Positions 1 to 10,210 of a stretch of DNA of 64,000 nucleotides are shown one piece after another (the stretch's first letter is position 1; each line of letters starts with the position of its first letter). Origin of the DNA: Patescibacteria group bacterium. Lineage in GTDB: Bacteria; Patescibacteriota; JACPGU01. The notes beneath the pieces are model-generated. The model was not told the DNA's origin. It was given only the letters and a program-made list of their open reading frames with translations, and did not search any database. The translations under genes and the position numbers were made by a program. The stretch is from assembly GCA_022703645.1 (NCBI GenBank), contig JAKLDG010000001.1, positions 797,254 to 861,253 on the forward strand. Reading direction: 5' to 3'.

Positions 1-406
1 AAAAACCTGCCTTCCGCAACTGTGATGTCATATTAGATTTATTGTTCAAAACAAAATCCATTATATCTTTGTAAAGTTGTTCTCGCGTAAAATCAAAGCG
101 GCTCTTGCCTTCTTCTTTTAATTTTCTTTCATACACAACTTGCGTTTCAAACCCTGCGTGATCCGCTCCCGGAAGCCACAGCGCAGAGAAACCTGCCATT
201 CTTTTCCAACGAATAAGAAAGTCCTGAATAACATACATCATATGCCCCGCGTGCAGGTTCGCATTCGCATTCGGAGGTGGAAGAATTATAGTGTATGGTT
301 TTTTATTCGCATCAATTTTTGGTGTAAAATATCCGCTTTCTTCCCATGCTTTATATATTTTTTCTTCAACATCTTTCGGGTTGTATGCTTTGGCAAGTTC
401 TTTCAT
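1..406 (-). CDS. valS: Valyl-tRNA synthetase, N-terminal fragment (gene continues beyond the left edge)
   Basis: Reverse-strand translation from ATG (rc of 404-406): MKELAKAYNPKDVEEKIYKAWEESGYF...ILPPPNANANLHAGH...LWLPGADHAGFETQVVYERKL. This has the class I aaRS HIGH motif and is near-collinear with the ValRS N-terminus (PPPNVTGSLHMGH / GTDHAGIATQ). It is not in the ORF track because it lacks a stop within the window. Confidence 0.8.
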   Translation of the reverse strand, partial: MKELAKAYNPKDVEEKIYKAWEESGYFTPKIDANKKPYTIILPPPNANANLHAGHMMYVIQDFLIRWKRMAGFSALWLPGADHAGFETQVVYERKLKEEGKSRFDFTREQLYKDIMDFVLNNKSNMTSQLRKAGF

Positions 407-492
407 TATTGTTTTTTTATTACTTTTATAATAAACTCTTAGTATAATACCATAAAACGTTGTTTTAAAAAATACCTCGGAGGATAACTATC

Positions 493-936
493 ATGCAAAA
501 TGAAGGTGAAAGCACCAAGTATGTAGGAATACCAGTTGGGGTAATCACATTTAACGTATTATGTTTTGGGGATATGGCGGATAGTTACTTTAGTGAAATT
601 AGCACGGGAATATTAAATATTTTAAGACAAGGAAATGCCTGCCAAATAATCATTGAAGCTCAAACTATGCAAGAAACCATTGCGGTTTCCGTGGGATTGC
701 AACGGGAAGTTTGCGAATCGCTATCTCCAGTCCCCGCACTTATCGAAAGTATAGAGTTTAAAGAGCATGCAGCTTATCTATCCAGCAACCCAGATGGTTC
801 AGAAAGTTATAAAAAAATTATTGTTGCTATTTATGCGATTGATATGACGCAAGCTTTAAGAAATAAACAAGGTTTTATTTCTCGAGTTGTTTCAAGAATA
901 AGAAAAGCACTAAAGAAAGAGGTTGTCCCGACATAA
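493..936 (+). CDS. Hypothetical protein (147 aa)
   Basis: ORF with SD-like ggagg 8-10 nt upstream of ATG; no recognisable motif. Divergent from valS. Confidence 0.45.
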   Translation: MQNEGESTKYVGIPVGVITFNVLCFGDMADSYFSEISTGILNILRQGNACQIIIEAQTMQETIAVSVGLQREVCESLSPVPALIESIEFKEHAAYLSSNPDGSESYKKIIVAIYAIDMTQALRNKQGFISRVVSRIRKALKKEVVPT

Positions 937-948
937 AAACTAAATTCA

Positions 949-975
949 GCGCACCTAAAAAGTGCGCTTTTTGTT
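949..975 (+). terminator. Rho-independent terminator (agcgcac-loop-gtgcgct + T-run)
   Basis: A GC hairpin followed by TTTTT lies between the 493..936 gene and the convergent tsaD gene. Confidence 0.6.
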
Positions 976-983
976 TACAAAAA

Positions 984-2084
984 TTATAATTCTTTATTCG
1001 ACATTACTTCAAAATCAAGATTGAAAGATTTTTTGTTTTTCTTATTTTTCAACTGGTATGCCGCGCAAGCAGCAATCATCGCCGCATTGTCACCACAGTA
1101 CTCTATCGGCGGAACACAAAAAGAAACTTTTTTGAATTTATTTTTAACCCTTACCCCAATTTCTTCTCTTAACCTTTTATTGGCTGCAACCCCTCCGCAA
1201 ATAGAAACTGTTTTTGCTTTATATTTTTCCGCAGCTTTTATGGTTTTTGTTGTTAAAATATCTACCACCGCTTCTTCAAATTCATAACAGAATAAGGGTA
1301 TAGCGTTTAGGGTAGAGGGTTTAGAATTATTTTTTATAAAATCTTGCCATTTATAAAGGACGGAAGTCTTTAGCCCGGAAAAAGAGAAGTTGAAGTCTTT
1401 CGAGTCCATCATTGATCTCGGGAAAAATTTTCCACTCCCTAATTCTTTATGTTGTGGCGAAGCCACTACTTCATTGGAAATTGGAAATTGGAAATTGGAA
1501 ATTTGTCTGCGATAACGCTCAGCTTCGGCTGAAATATTAGGACCGCCTGGATATGGCAGTTCCAGCACCCGAGCTACTTTGTCAAAAGCTTCTCCCGCTG
1601 CATCATCGAGCGTTTCGCCTAGATATTTATATTTTCCATGATCTTTCATGAGAATTAGCGAGGTATGACCGCCAGATACCAGCAAAACAACCGCAGGAAA
1701 CTTAAAGTTTTTGTTCCTGTCTATGAAATTGGCGTAAATATGCCCCTCCAGATGATTCATTGGTAGAATCGGCTTATCAAGCACTGCCGAAACCATCTTT
1801 GCGGTATTTACTCCAACAAGCAATGATCCAATTAATCCTGGCGCATGAGTAACTGCAATATAATCGATTTTTTTAAGACTAGTCTTTGCTTTTTGTAAAG
1901 CCTCGTCTAAAACAGGTAAAATCTGTTCCACATGAGCGCGGCTCGCAACCTCTGGGACAACACCACCGGTTTTTTTATGAATATCAATCTGACTTGCCAC
2001 AACATTTGATAACAAACCTTCTGCAGTATCATACACAGCGGCTGATGTTTCATCGCAAGATGTCTCAATGGCTAATATTCGCAT
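984..2084 (-). CDS. tsaD: tRNA N6-adenosine threonylcarbamoyltransferase TsaD (Kae1/Gcp family)
   Basis: MRILAIETSCDETSAAVYD... HLEGH and SGGV... motifs, full length 366 aa. It carries an in-frame ttggaaa x4 heptamer run (1474-1501), coding strand is minus, encoding ISNFQFPISNE. Confidence 0.9.
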   Translation of the reverse strand: MRILAIETSCDETSAAVYDTAEGLLSNVVASQIDIHKKTGGVVPEVASRAHVEQILPVLDEALQKAKTSLKKIDYIAVTHAPGLIGSLLVGVNTAKMVSAVLDKPILPMNHLEGHIYANFIDRNKNFKFPAVVLLVSGGHTSLILMKDHGKYKYLGETLDDAAGEAFDKVARVLELPYPGGPNISAEAERYRRQISNFQFPISNEVVASPQHKELGSGKFFPRSMMDSKDFNFSFSGLKTSVLYKWQDFIKNNSKPSTLNAIPLFCYEFEEAVVDILTTKTIKAAEKYKAKTVSICGGVAANKRLREEIGVRVKNKFKKVSFCVPPIEYCGDNAAMIAACAAYQLKNKKNKKSFNLDFEVMSNKEL

Positions 2085-2184
2085 TTTTTGGCTAATTATT
2101 GATTTATTATGAATAGTATGCTAATATTATAACATATAGTACTTTTAGAAAGATAGTTAAAAAATAAAACTTGTCTAGAAAAGG

Positions 2185-2481
2185 ATGGTGGTTGAATTGG
2201 ATGCAATACGCTTGCCAGAAGAAGGAACTTGGATAAATACCGATCATATGGAAAACACTGAGAAACCGAACTATTTATCCGAGAAAATAGCGTCCATCGT
2301 AAAAATGATCAAAAAAGGTGAGGCGACCAGCGTTTTTGTACAAGGTCACATAACCGACCCGAAGAACAGTTTGGAACTAATAGTACATCTGATTTCCAAA
2401 GGAATTTTTGCAACACAGATCGACCAAAAGAAAATTGATAAAACACTCTACCTCATCACCTGTACTACCCCCGAAAATTAG
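2185..2481 (+). CDS. Hypothetical protein (98 aa)
   Basis: ORF with aaggatgg SD-like sequence, followed by a hairpin terminator at ~2510-2545. Confidence 0.4.
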   Translation: MVVELDAIRLPEEGTWINTDHMENTEKPNYLSEKIASIVKMIKKGEATSVFVQGHITDPKNSLELIVHLISKGIFATQIDQKKIDKTLYLITCTTPEN

Positions 2482-2699
2482 GCGTGTAACAAGACCTGAT
2501 TAAACAAAAAACACTTCGCAATCCGGAGTGTTATTTTTTTCCCCAGAAATTGCTATTTTTTCATATTGAATTAATACTAATAAGATGTTAAAGTGAGATT
2601 AGTAAATAAAAGAGAGAAGGAAGGTGAATATCGCAAGCACCTTTAAAAAAGAGCTGTGTCTGACGAATAACCTAAATCCATTTCAAGAGGTATATACTA

Positions 2700-3062
2700 A
2701 TGCATAATAAAGACACACTCAGATGCGCTGCTAAGGATATCCTAAACAACCCCAAAGAGTTAGGAAGAATAGTGGCAGCCATTACTGGATCCAACCAAGA
2801 CCAAGATGAAAGACCATCGCGCTTGCTTATCACAGGAAAGAAAGCTGAGGATATTGAAAAGGCGGCACAAGACATTAATAAATCATTGGCAGATGTATCC
2901 GCATTGGAAATGTTCCATGTATGGTATATAAAAAACGGCATACCCCCAACTAATCCCAAAATTCATTGTTATTTAATTATTTATAATTGGGTATATGGGG
3001 GCAAAAAGTTTAGAGATGAGCAGGGTCGTTTTCTTGAAGAAGATCCTGCTATAAAAAGCTGA
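2700..3062 (+). CDS. Hypothetical protein (120 aa)
   Basis: ORF with gaggt SD-like sequence, followed by a strong terminator. Confidence 0.4.
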   Translation: MHNKDTLRCAAKDILNNPKELGRIVAAITGSNQDQDERPSRLLITGKKAEDIEKAAQDINKSLADVSALEMFHVWYIKNGIPPTNPKIHCYLIIYNWVYGGKKFRDEQGRFLEEDPAIKS

Positions 3063-3080
3063 AAACTCTTCAATAACACC

Positions 3081-3117
3081 AACCGTTCCTGTACACTTAA
3101 GGAACGGTTTTATTTTT
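3081..3117 (+). terminator. Rho-independent terminator (aaccgttcc...ggaacggtt + TTTTATTTTT)
   Basis: A perfect 9-bp stem followed by a T-run. Confidence 0.7.
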
Positions 3118-3142
3118 AAGAAAAAAATGCTATAATTCTCTC

Positions 3143-4039
3143 ATGGAACTGACTAATTTATTGCAATCGAAATCCTGGGAAGAATTCGAAAAGACTTTGG
3201 GTAATAAAACTTTTTGGGTTGATGATGCGCTTCTCATAAAAAACCCTCTGCCAAAGGGAATGTCTTATTTATATTGCCCGCGCGGACCGCGTGAGCTAAA
3301 TTCAGATTTTATCAAAAAAGCGACCGAGCTTGCAAAAAAAGAATCAGCAATATTTATACGAATTGAACCACTGGAAATACCCAATACTCAATGCTCAATG
3401 CCCAATTTGGTGAAGACAATAAATCTTAATCCTGCAAACACTCTGATTCTCGATTTGGCCAAGAGTGAAGATGCTCTCCTCTCTGAAATGAAACAAAAAA
3501 CTCGCTACAATATTAACCTTGCAATAAAAAAAGGGGTTGGAATCGAAGTAACTACTGATCCTGAAAAAGCTCAAATTTTTTACAATATTATGAAGCAAAC
3601 TTCTGCTCGTGATAAATTCGGAGCGCACTCTCTCGAGCATTACAAGAAATTACTTGAAGTCTTAGGTACAAATAAGATTATCCGTTTGTATTTGGCAAAA
3701 TATGAAGGAAGGTATATTGCCGCAAATATTGTTTCTTTTTTTGGCAACACTGTTTCCTATCTACACGGTGCTTCAGCAAACGAGTACCGTAATGTCATGG
3801 CCCCCTATCTACTTCAATGGGAAGCGATAAAGGATGCGAAAGTAGGCGAATATGAATACTATGATTTCTGGGGTATTGCTCCTGATGATTCACCAAAACA
3901 TAGGTGGTCAGGCGTAACACGATTTAAAAAAGGTTTTGGCGGTCAGCAGTTTGATTATCCAGGCACATATGATATTGTGATTTCAAAAAAGTGGTATTTT
4001 TTATACAAAGTTTTGCGCAAGTTAAACAGATTGTTCTAA
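3143..4039 (+). CDS. FemAB-family peptidoglycan-bridge aminoacyltransferase-like protein
   Basis: ~300 aa. Motifs resemble the FemX/FemAB family (SYLYCPRGP; ...APYLLQWEAIKDAKVGEYEYYDFWGI). The assignment is from motif memory, not a search. Confidence 0.55.
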   Translation: MELTNLLQSKSWEEFEKTLGNKTFWVDDALLIKNPLPKGMSYLYCPRGPRELNSDFIKKATELAKKESAIFIRIEPLEIPNTQCSMPNLVKTINLNPANTLILDLAKSEDALLSEMKQKTRYNINLAIKKGVGIEVTTDPEKAQIFYNIMKQTSARDKFGAHSLEHYKKLLEVLGTNKIIRLYLAKYEGRYIAANIVSFFGNTVSYLHGASANEYRNVMAPYLLQWEAIKDAKVGEYEYYDFWGIAPDDSPKHRWSGVTRFKKGFGGQQFDYPGTYDIVISKKWYFLYKVLRKLNRLF

Positions 4040-4147
4040 TTTTTGATTTTTGAATTTTTAATTTTATAAATAAATTTTAAATTCGAATTTTTAAAAATTA
4101 AGATTTTCCCCGTTTATTTAAAAATTAAAAAATTAAAAATTATAAAA

Positions 4148-5116
4148 TTGAATTCAGTCTTTCTCATTCACGGCGAAGATGACTATCTTGCCCGTGAAAA
4201 ATTAAATTTTTTTAAACAAGGTTTCATAAAAAAATATGGTGACCTAAATATTTCTGTTTATAATAATGAAAATATTGATCTCGATGGAATTATGAATGAT
4301 GTAGTTTCAGCACCATTTCTAAGTGAAAAGAAAATGATAATTCTCGAGGGGATATTAACGGAATTAAAAAAAGATGACCGCAAAAAATTTATTGAATTAA
4401 TCAAGAAAGTTCCGGACACATCTGTTTTTTTTATTTATGAAAATAGAAATCTGGGCGATAAAAAAACTAAGAATAAGGATATCGATGAAATCATCAAAAG
4501 CTTAAGAGCAAAAAATATTTTCGAATTTAAAAAAATATCAGAATTTGATATTGCGAAATATATCCAACAAAAAATAAGGTCCAGCGAATACAAAATGGAT
4601 TCACGCGCTATTAACACACTTGCAACTCTCGTCGGACCAAACACAAGACAGATTGATAATGAAATCAAAAAACTTTTTGCATATAAATTCCAAGAAAAAG
4701 AAATTACCGCTGACGATGTGCTCAATCTAGTTAAGGCAAATGTTAACAAGGGAGTATTTGACCTGACAGATGCATTAGCAAAAAAGGATTTGAAGGAATC
4801 ACAGAAAATTATTAAACATCTTGTCGAGACAGGAGAAAATCCGATTTCCATTCTTGGCATGATCACTTTTCATTTTAGGAATCTATTGCTGGTAAAATTA
4901 GCGCAAGCACAAAAGTTGAGAGAAGGCGATGTGATTAAAGAAACCGGTATGCACCCATTTGTTTATAAAAAAACTACTTCACAATCTCGGGGTTTTGATA
5001 TGAATAAAATCAAAGAAATTTATCACAAAATATGCCAGACGGATTTTGAAATGAAAACCGGAGAAAAGGAACCGGAATTAGCAATTGATCTACTGATTGC
5101 TAAAATTTGTATGTAA
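4148..5116 (+). CDS. holA: DNA polymerase III delta subunit
   Basis: The N-terminus LIHGEDDYL... is the HolA signature, ~320 aa. The start (TTG at 4148) is uncertain. Confidence 0.75.
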   Translation: MNSVFLIHGEDDYLAREKLNFFKQGFIKKYGDLNISVYNNENIDLDGIMNDVVSAPFLSEKKMIILEGILTELKKDDRKKFIELIKKVPDTSVFFIYENRNLGDKKTKNKDIDEIIKSLRAKNIFEFKKISEFDIAKYIQQKIRSSEYKMDSRAINTLATLVGPNTRQIDNEIKKLFAYKFQEKEITADDVLNLVKANVNKGVFDLTDALAKKDLKESQKIIKHLVETGENPISILGMITFHFRNLLLVKLAQAQKLREGDVIKETGMHPFVYKKTTSQSRGFDMNKIKEIYHKICQTDFEMKTGEKEPELAIDLLIAKICM

Positions 5117-7876
5117 TTATTTCTCTCCCCAATTATCTGCTTCTTTGCCTTCTACAATTAAAGGGCACTTGAGAACAAAAACATTTTGCATAATTTTTTT
5201 AATTTTCAATTTCCAATTTTCAATTTCCAACTCGGGAAGTTCAAATACCAATTCATCATGCACTTGCAAAATCATTTTTATATCTTTGTTCTTCGATAGA
5301 ATTTGTTTATCAATTTCAATCATCGCAAGTTTCATAATGTCAGCTGCCGTTCCTTGGATTGGCATATTTATCGCCATGCGCTCTGCGGCGCGTTTGATTT
5401 GCGCAACGCCCGATAATATATCGGGAATATAACGACGACGACCAAGGAGCGTTTCGACATAACCTTCTTTTTCTGCAAAGACAACCGTGTCATCCATATA
5501 TTTTTTAATAGATGGATATTCGCGGAAATATTCTTCGATAAATCTCCCCGCCTCCGCTGGAGTTTTTTCTACCGCCTGAGATAGTCCGTATGAAGATATT
5601 CCATAGATAATTCCAAAGTTTACAACTTTTGCAACTCTGCGCATATCTTTATCAACTTTTTCTGCCTCAACATCAAAAATAGCTGATGCAGTTTCTGTAT
5701 GAATATCGCGGCCTGTATTAAATGCATCCAACATTTTTTTATCGTTTGATACCGAAGCAACCACGCGCAACTCTATTTGCGAATAATCAAAGATGAGAAA
5801 TTTCTTTCCCTTTTCAGCAATAAATGCTTTGCGGATTTCCGCTCCAATCTCGGTACGAATTGGAATATTTTGTAGATTTGGATCGGATGAAGATAGGCGA
5901 CCGGTGGAAGTAATTGTTTGGTTGTATGACGTATGAACCCTGCCATCAAATTCATTTATCAATTTTGGTAAAGCTTCAATGTATGTGCTTTGAAGTTTTG
6001 TTAACTCGCGATATTCCATAATTAATTTTATAATCGGATGCACATCGCGAAGTTTCTCGAGCGAATCAGCTGCAGTGGACATGCCAGTTTTTGTTTTCTT
6101 CACATCCTGCGTACTAATTCCTAATTTCTTATATAAAATTTCTGCTAATTGCTGAGTTGAACTAATATTAAAATCTTCTCCTGCCAATTTAATAATCTTC
6201 TTTGAAAGATCGTCTATTTGAGTTTGAACTTTTCGGGATAATTTATTTAGGAATTTATCATCAATTTTTACTCCCCAAAATTCCATGTTGGTAAGAATTT
6301 TTACCAATGGCATTTCTACTGTGTAAAATAATTCTTCGGTCTTTTTTATTTCTCCTAATCTTTTCTTAAAAACTTCATAGAGTCTCCAAGTAATATCAGC
6401 ATCTTCTCCTGAATACTTGCATGCATCTTCGACACTAACTTCAGCAAATGATTTTTGTTTACTACCCGTTCCGATTAATTCAGAAATCTTCATGTTTTCG
6501 TGACCGAACTCGGAGAAAGCTAAAACATCGAGTGAATGGCCACGGCCGATTGGATTGATAATATAAGAAGCAATCATGGTATCGAAATATACCCCCTCAA
6601 CATCAACTCCAGATTTTTTCATGACAAGCAGATCGTATTTGAGGTTCTGGCCAATTTTTCTAATTTTTTCATTTTCAAAAATGGTTTTTAGTTTTTCAAG
6701 AACGAATTTCTTTTCTAATTGTACGGGCAGAATATTTTCTGTCCCTACGGCAATATGTCCCACTGGAATATAATATGCAGTATTTGCTTTCCATGAAAAA
6801 GATAGCCCAACTAGTTCTGACTCCATTGCTCCCAAAAAAGATGTTTCCGTATCAAAAGCAAATTCTTTTTGCTTCACTAATTCATCATAAAAATCATCGA
6901 AAGATTCTTGGGTATTTACTAAAATATAATTCACATCCGATTCTTTGTTTTGTTGATTTTTTGTTTTATTATTTTCTTTATTCACGCCATCAATTAGTTT
7001 CAACAACCTCCCCATCAAAGATCGGAATTCAAATTTTTGGAAAGTTGCGATTGCTTTTGCTTTGTCAAAATCATAAGTACAGCAATCTTCAATCTCAACC
7101 TTGATTGGAACGTTTAATTCTATAGTTGCCAGTCTCTTTGACATGTACGCGTTTTCTTTGTCCATGATAAGTTTATCTTTTACACTATTGCTAAAAGAAA
7201 AAACGTTATCATTTATTGCCTCGTAAATTCCATCGAGCGTTTTATATTTAATTATCAAATCCGTCGCTGTCTTCTCGCCTATTCCTTTTACACCCGGAAT
7301 ATTATCCGATGGATCGCCCCGCAAAGCTTTGTAATCAATAACCCTATCGGGTCCAAAACCATATTTTTGTTCGACAAGATCAGTATCATAAATAATGGTA
7401 TCTTTAATACCCTTCTTTAAAGTATAAACACGTGTATTATCATCAACGAGTTGAAGCGTGTCCATATCACCGGTAACAATATATGTATCGATGTTTAATT
7501 TTTTGTCATCAATTCTTTTGCAAAGTGTGCCGATCAGGTCATCTGCCTCAAATCCAGCAACTGCATAAATTGGAATATTTAGAGCGCCCAAAACTTCTTT
7601 GGCATAAGGAATTTGTTCATAGAGCTCATCAGGCGCTTTGACACGCGTTGCCTTGTATTCTTTATACTCTTCGTGACGAAAGGTAGGCGCCGCCATATCA
7701 AAAGTCGCCGCAATATAATCCGGTTTTATATCTTCGACAGCTTTGAGCAGTGTTGAAGTAAAACCATAAACAGCGCCAATATTTAGCCCTTCTTTTGTTC
7801 GAAGTGGAGGAAGAGCATGGAATGATCTGTGCACTAAGGCATTAGAGTCTATTAATAAAAAACGTTTTTTACGCAT
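5117..7876 (-). CDS. polA: DNA polymerase I (5'-3' exo, 3'-5' exo and polymerase domains)
   Basis: 919 aa. 5' nuclease N-terminus (LLIDSNALVHRSFHAL), polymerase motifs (DYSQIELR, QVHDELVFE). Confidence 0.9.
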   Translation of the reverse strand: MRKKRFLLIDSNALVHRSFHALPPLRTKEGLNIGAVYGFTSTLLKAVEDIKPDYIAATFDMAAPTFRHEEYKEYKATRVKAPDELYEQIPYAKEVLGALNIPIYAVAGFEADDLIGTLCKRIDDKKLNIDTYIVTGDMDTLQLVDDNTRVYTLKKGIKDTIIYDTDLVEQKYGFGPDRVIDYKALRGDPSDNIPGVKGIGEKTATDLIIKYKTLDGIYEAINDNVFSFSNSVKDKLIMDKENAYMSKRLATIELNVPIKVEIEDCCTYDFDKAKAIATFQKFEFRSLMGRLLKLIDGVNKENNKTKNQQNKESDVNYILVNTQESFDDFYDELVKQKEFAFDTETSFLGAMESELVGLSFSWKANTAYYIPVGHIAVGTENILPVQLEKKFVLEKLKTIFENEKIRKIGQNLKYDLLVMKKSGVDVEGVYFDTMIASYIINPIGRGHSLDVLAFSEFGHENMKISELIGTGSKQKSFAEVSVEDACKYSGEDADITWRLYEVFKKRLGEIKKTEELFYTVEMPLVKILTNMEFWGVKIDDKFLNKLSRKVQTQIDDLSKKIIKLAGEDFNISSTQQLAEILYKKLGISTQDVKKTKTGMSTAADSLEKLRDVHPIIKLIMEYRELTKLQSTYIEALPKLINEFDGRVHTSYNQTITSTGRLSSSDPNLQNIPIRTEIGAEIRKAFIAEKGKKFLIFDYSQIELRVVASVSNDKKMLDAFNTGRDIHTETASAIFDVEAEKVDKDMRRVAKVVNFGIIYGISSYGLSQAVEKTPAEAGRFIEEYFREYPSIKKYMDDTVVFAEKEGYVETLLGRRRYIPDILSGVAQIKRAAERMAINMPIQGTAADIMKLAMIEIDKQILSKNKDIKMILQVHDELVFELPELEIENWKLKIKKIMQNVFVLKCPLIVEGKEADNWGEK

Positions 7877-8003
7877 AAAAGTTGATTAAAAAATTTACAA
7901 TCTTCAGTTTTCAATTTTCAATCAATGACGCAATGTCTCAATGTTTGAAAATTAAATCATTGAAAATTTATTGAAAATTGCAAAATTGAGAATTGAAAAT
8001 TTG

Positions 8004-9344
8004 CTATTTGATGTATTTCATGACTATTTCTTTATCATTGAAAGGTTGTATCTTGCCAGCAATATTCATACCGGTTTCGGAACCTTTTCCGGTTATTACT
8101 AGTACATCACCTTCTTTTTGTACCATTAGCAGCGCCTTCTCAATTGCTTGTTCACGGTTTAAAATTATCTCGTAATCCATTTTCTCGATCTTATCATTAT
8201 TTTTAAATCCTTGCTCGATGTCATGAACTATTTCATACGGATCTTCAAAATATGGGTCTTCATTTGTCAGTATTGAATAATCAGCATATCCAGAAACGAT
8301 CTGGCCCATTAACGGCCTTTTCTTTTTATCTCTTCCGCCTCCACAGGAACCAAATACAGCAATTATTTTGCCGGTATAAATCTCACGGATTATTTTATAT
8401 AACTCCTGAAGTGAGTCCGGAGTTAAGGCATAATCGATTATCACATCATAACCCTTACTGCTTTTTATTCTATCAAGCCTACCAGCAACTCCAGAAAAAC
8501 TTTCAAGCGATGCTTTTAGTTTTTCTGCGGATATTCCAAAAATCATCGCAACAGATGCGCCAGCAAGAAGATTATATGTATTAATGGCTCCTAAAATTTT
8601 TGATTCAATTTTTAACCTGTCTTCCCCATAATTCAGATTAAATCTAATCCCTTCTTTACTTTGGGTTGGTATATCAGCCTTGATAATATTCTGCGCAAAT
8701 AAAGAACTGTCTTTTTCTATACCGAAACCAATTTTTTGTTCTGCATCAAATCTTAAGAAATCTTCTGCGTGTTTGTCATCAATATTTGCGATAATCGTTT
8801 TGCGCAATTGATTCGCATCAAAACCGATAAGTTTTTTTCTCTTACTTTTTGCGAGTTTTGCAAAAATTCTCTGTTTCGCTTTTTTATAATTTTCAAAACT
8901 TCCGTGAGCTTCTATATGTTCGGGTGTAAGATTGGTAAAAACAAGAATATCAAAATCAATACCATAGGTTCTATGTGATGCGATTCCTTCGGAAGAAACT
9001 TCCACTACCGCAACCTTGCAGCCATCTTTCACCATGCGACGCAACATCTTTTGGAGAGATAGACGTCCTAGCATAGTGTTCTTTGATTTATTTACCCATT
9101 CTTTGTTTCCAATTTTAAAATTGGCAGTTGAAAGCATGCCAGTACGGATACCATTGCTTTGCAAAACATGGGCTATGACATTTACCGTGGTAGTTTTGCC
9201 ATTTGTACCAGTAACACCGATCACGAGTAGTTCTTTGGCGGGAAAACGAAATATCGTTGCAGCAAGAGCTGACCATAAAAAATAATAAAGAGAAAAAATA
9301 AACTTCGGAGTATATTTACGAACTAATTCTTTTAACTTCTTCAT
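8004..9344 (-). CDS. Mur ligase family protein (MurE/MurF-like), with an atypical hydrophobic N-terminus instead of the usual N-terminal domain
   Basis: P-loop VIGVTGTNGKTTT and NLTPEHIEAHGSFENYKKAK, typical of the Mur ligase central domain. Only ~40 residues precede the P-loop and they are hydrophobic. Confidence 0.55.
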   Translation of the reverse strand: MKKLKELVRKYTPKFIFSLYYFLWSALAATIFRFPAKELLVIGVTGTNGKTTTVNVIAHVLQSNGIRTGMLSTANFKIGNKEWVNKSKNTMLGRLSLQKMLRRMVKDGCKVAVVEVSSEGIASHRTYGIDFDILVFTNLTPEHIEAHGSFENYKKAKQRIFAKLAKSKRKKLIGFDANQLRKTIIANIDDKHAEDFLRFDAEQKIGFGIEKDSSLFAQNIIKADIPTQSKEGIRFNLNYGEDRLKIESKILGAINTYNLLAGASVAMIFGISAEKLKASLESFSGVAGRLDRIKSSKGYDVIIDYALTPDSLQELYKIIREIYTGKIIAVFGSCGGGRDKKKRPLMGQIVSGYADYSILTNEDPYFEDPYEIVHDIEQGFKNNDKIEKMDYEIILNREQAIEKALLMVQKEGDVLVITGKGSETGMNIAGKIQPFNDKEIVMKYIK

Positions 9345-9367
9345 AGAGCAAAATTTAAATTTTGAAT

Positions 9368-10210
9368 TTACTTGATGATTTCCCTTATCCTCTCCTCGTG
9401 TTTTCTTTCCATATTGGTGGCAAAGTAACTACTGGATAGGTAAGATGCCAATACTATCCCGACAAAGACAACCAGATATCCTAATATATGTTTGAAAGTT
9501 ATTTCCGAAAAAGATACCGCAAAAACAAAACCAAAAATCAATTCAAAAATCAAAAACAACGCAAAAACCTTTTTATTTAATTTATGCCACAGTTTAAATG
9601 GCCAAATTTTTGCCAAAAATTTTACGAAGATAAATGAAAGAACTCCACCAACAACCATACTCCAAGCCATCCCCAATAAAAAATCAAAGGTAAATATCTT
9701 TGAAAGGAAAATGTCCGGGAAATTTGCATACCAGAAATCTTTGAATTGAGTAACTAATTGTGGTATGACAATTCTACCTCCCAAGTAACGAAAAATGCTT
9801 TCAATTAGAGTCAAAAATAGGAAGGATATAGCACCGTAGCGAATAGCATCGAAATACAGCGTTTTGTCATCTCTTTTTACTCCTAACGATGAAGATACAC
9901 TATCCCAAGCCCCGGAAATCTTTTCTTTATAACCTCCCTCTCCTATTTTATCACCAACACCTTCAACCATTCCTCGGACTTCTTTCATGATATTTCTTTT
10001 ATGAAGTGTTTTTTCTTCTTCCTCACCAAAAATATCATCACCTTTGATAATTTCGGCTATTTTTTCTCTTTTTTCCTGATCAATAAAATCAAGCGCTTCC
10101 TTGATATCACGATATTCAACACCTTGGTCCATGAGCCCTTTTCTTAATTGATCCATGTCAAATTGTGTGCGATACTTTTTTATGTAATCTACTAAGTCTT
10201 GATCTACCAT
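9368..10210 (-). CDS. Polytopic membrane protein, unknown function (co-oriented with the T4SS-like operon)
   Basis: Charged N-terminal half, then 4-5 hydrophobic helices. Confidence 0.4.
   Translation of the reverse strand: MVDQDLVDYIKKYRTQFDMDQLRKGLMDQGVEYRDIKEALDFIDQEKREKIAEIIKGDDIFGEEEEKTLHKRNIMKEVRGMVEGVGDKIGEGGYKEKISGAWDSVSSSLGVKRDDKTLYFDAIRYGAISFLFLTLIESIFRYLGGRIVIPQLVTQFKDFWYANFPDIFLSKIFTFDFLLGMAWSMVVGGVLSFIFVKFLAKIWPFKLWHKLNKKVFALFLIFELIFGFVFAVSFSEITFKHILGYLVVFVGIVLASYLSSSYFATNMERKHEERIREIIK

Noticed and set aside
1021-1287. Antisense or shadow ORFs inside confident genes (e.g. 1021..1287, 1886..2095, 2672..2959, 4435..4866, 5773..5955, 6576..7104, 9492..9749, 10733..11383, 15325..16685, 18474..18807, 20921..21325, 34131..34421, 47810..48411)
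   Set aside because: Each lies wholly within a longer ORF with clear homology-type motifs on the other strand or frame, and has low-complexity or hydrophobic nonsense composition.
4040-4147. Possible CRISPR or other structured repeat array in AT-rich spacers (4040-4147, 7877-8003, 17150-17215)
   Set aside because: These are only short degenerate aaatt/ttgaaaat/aaatcc tandem units with no regular repeat-spacer periodicity and no cas genes. They are low-complexity intergenic DNA.
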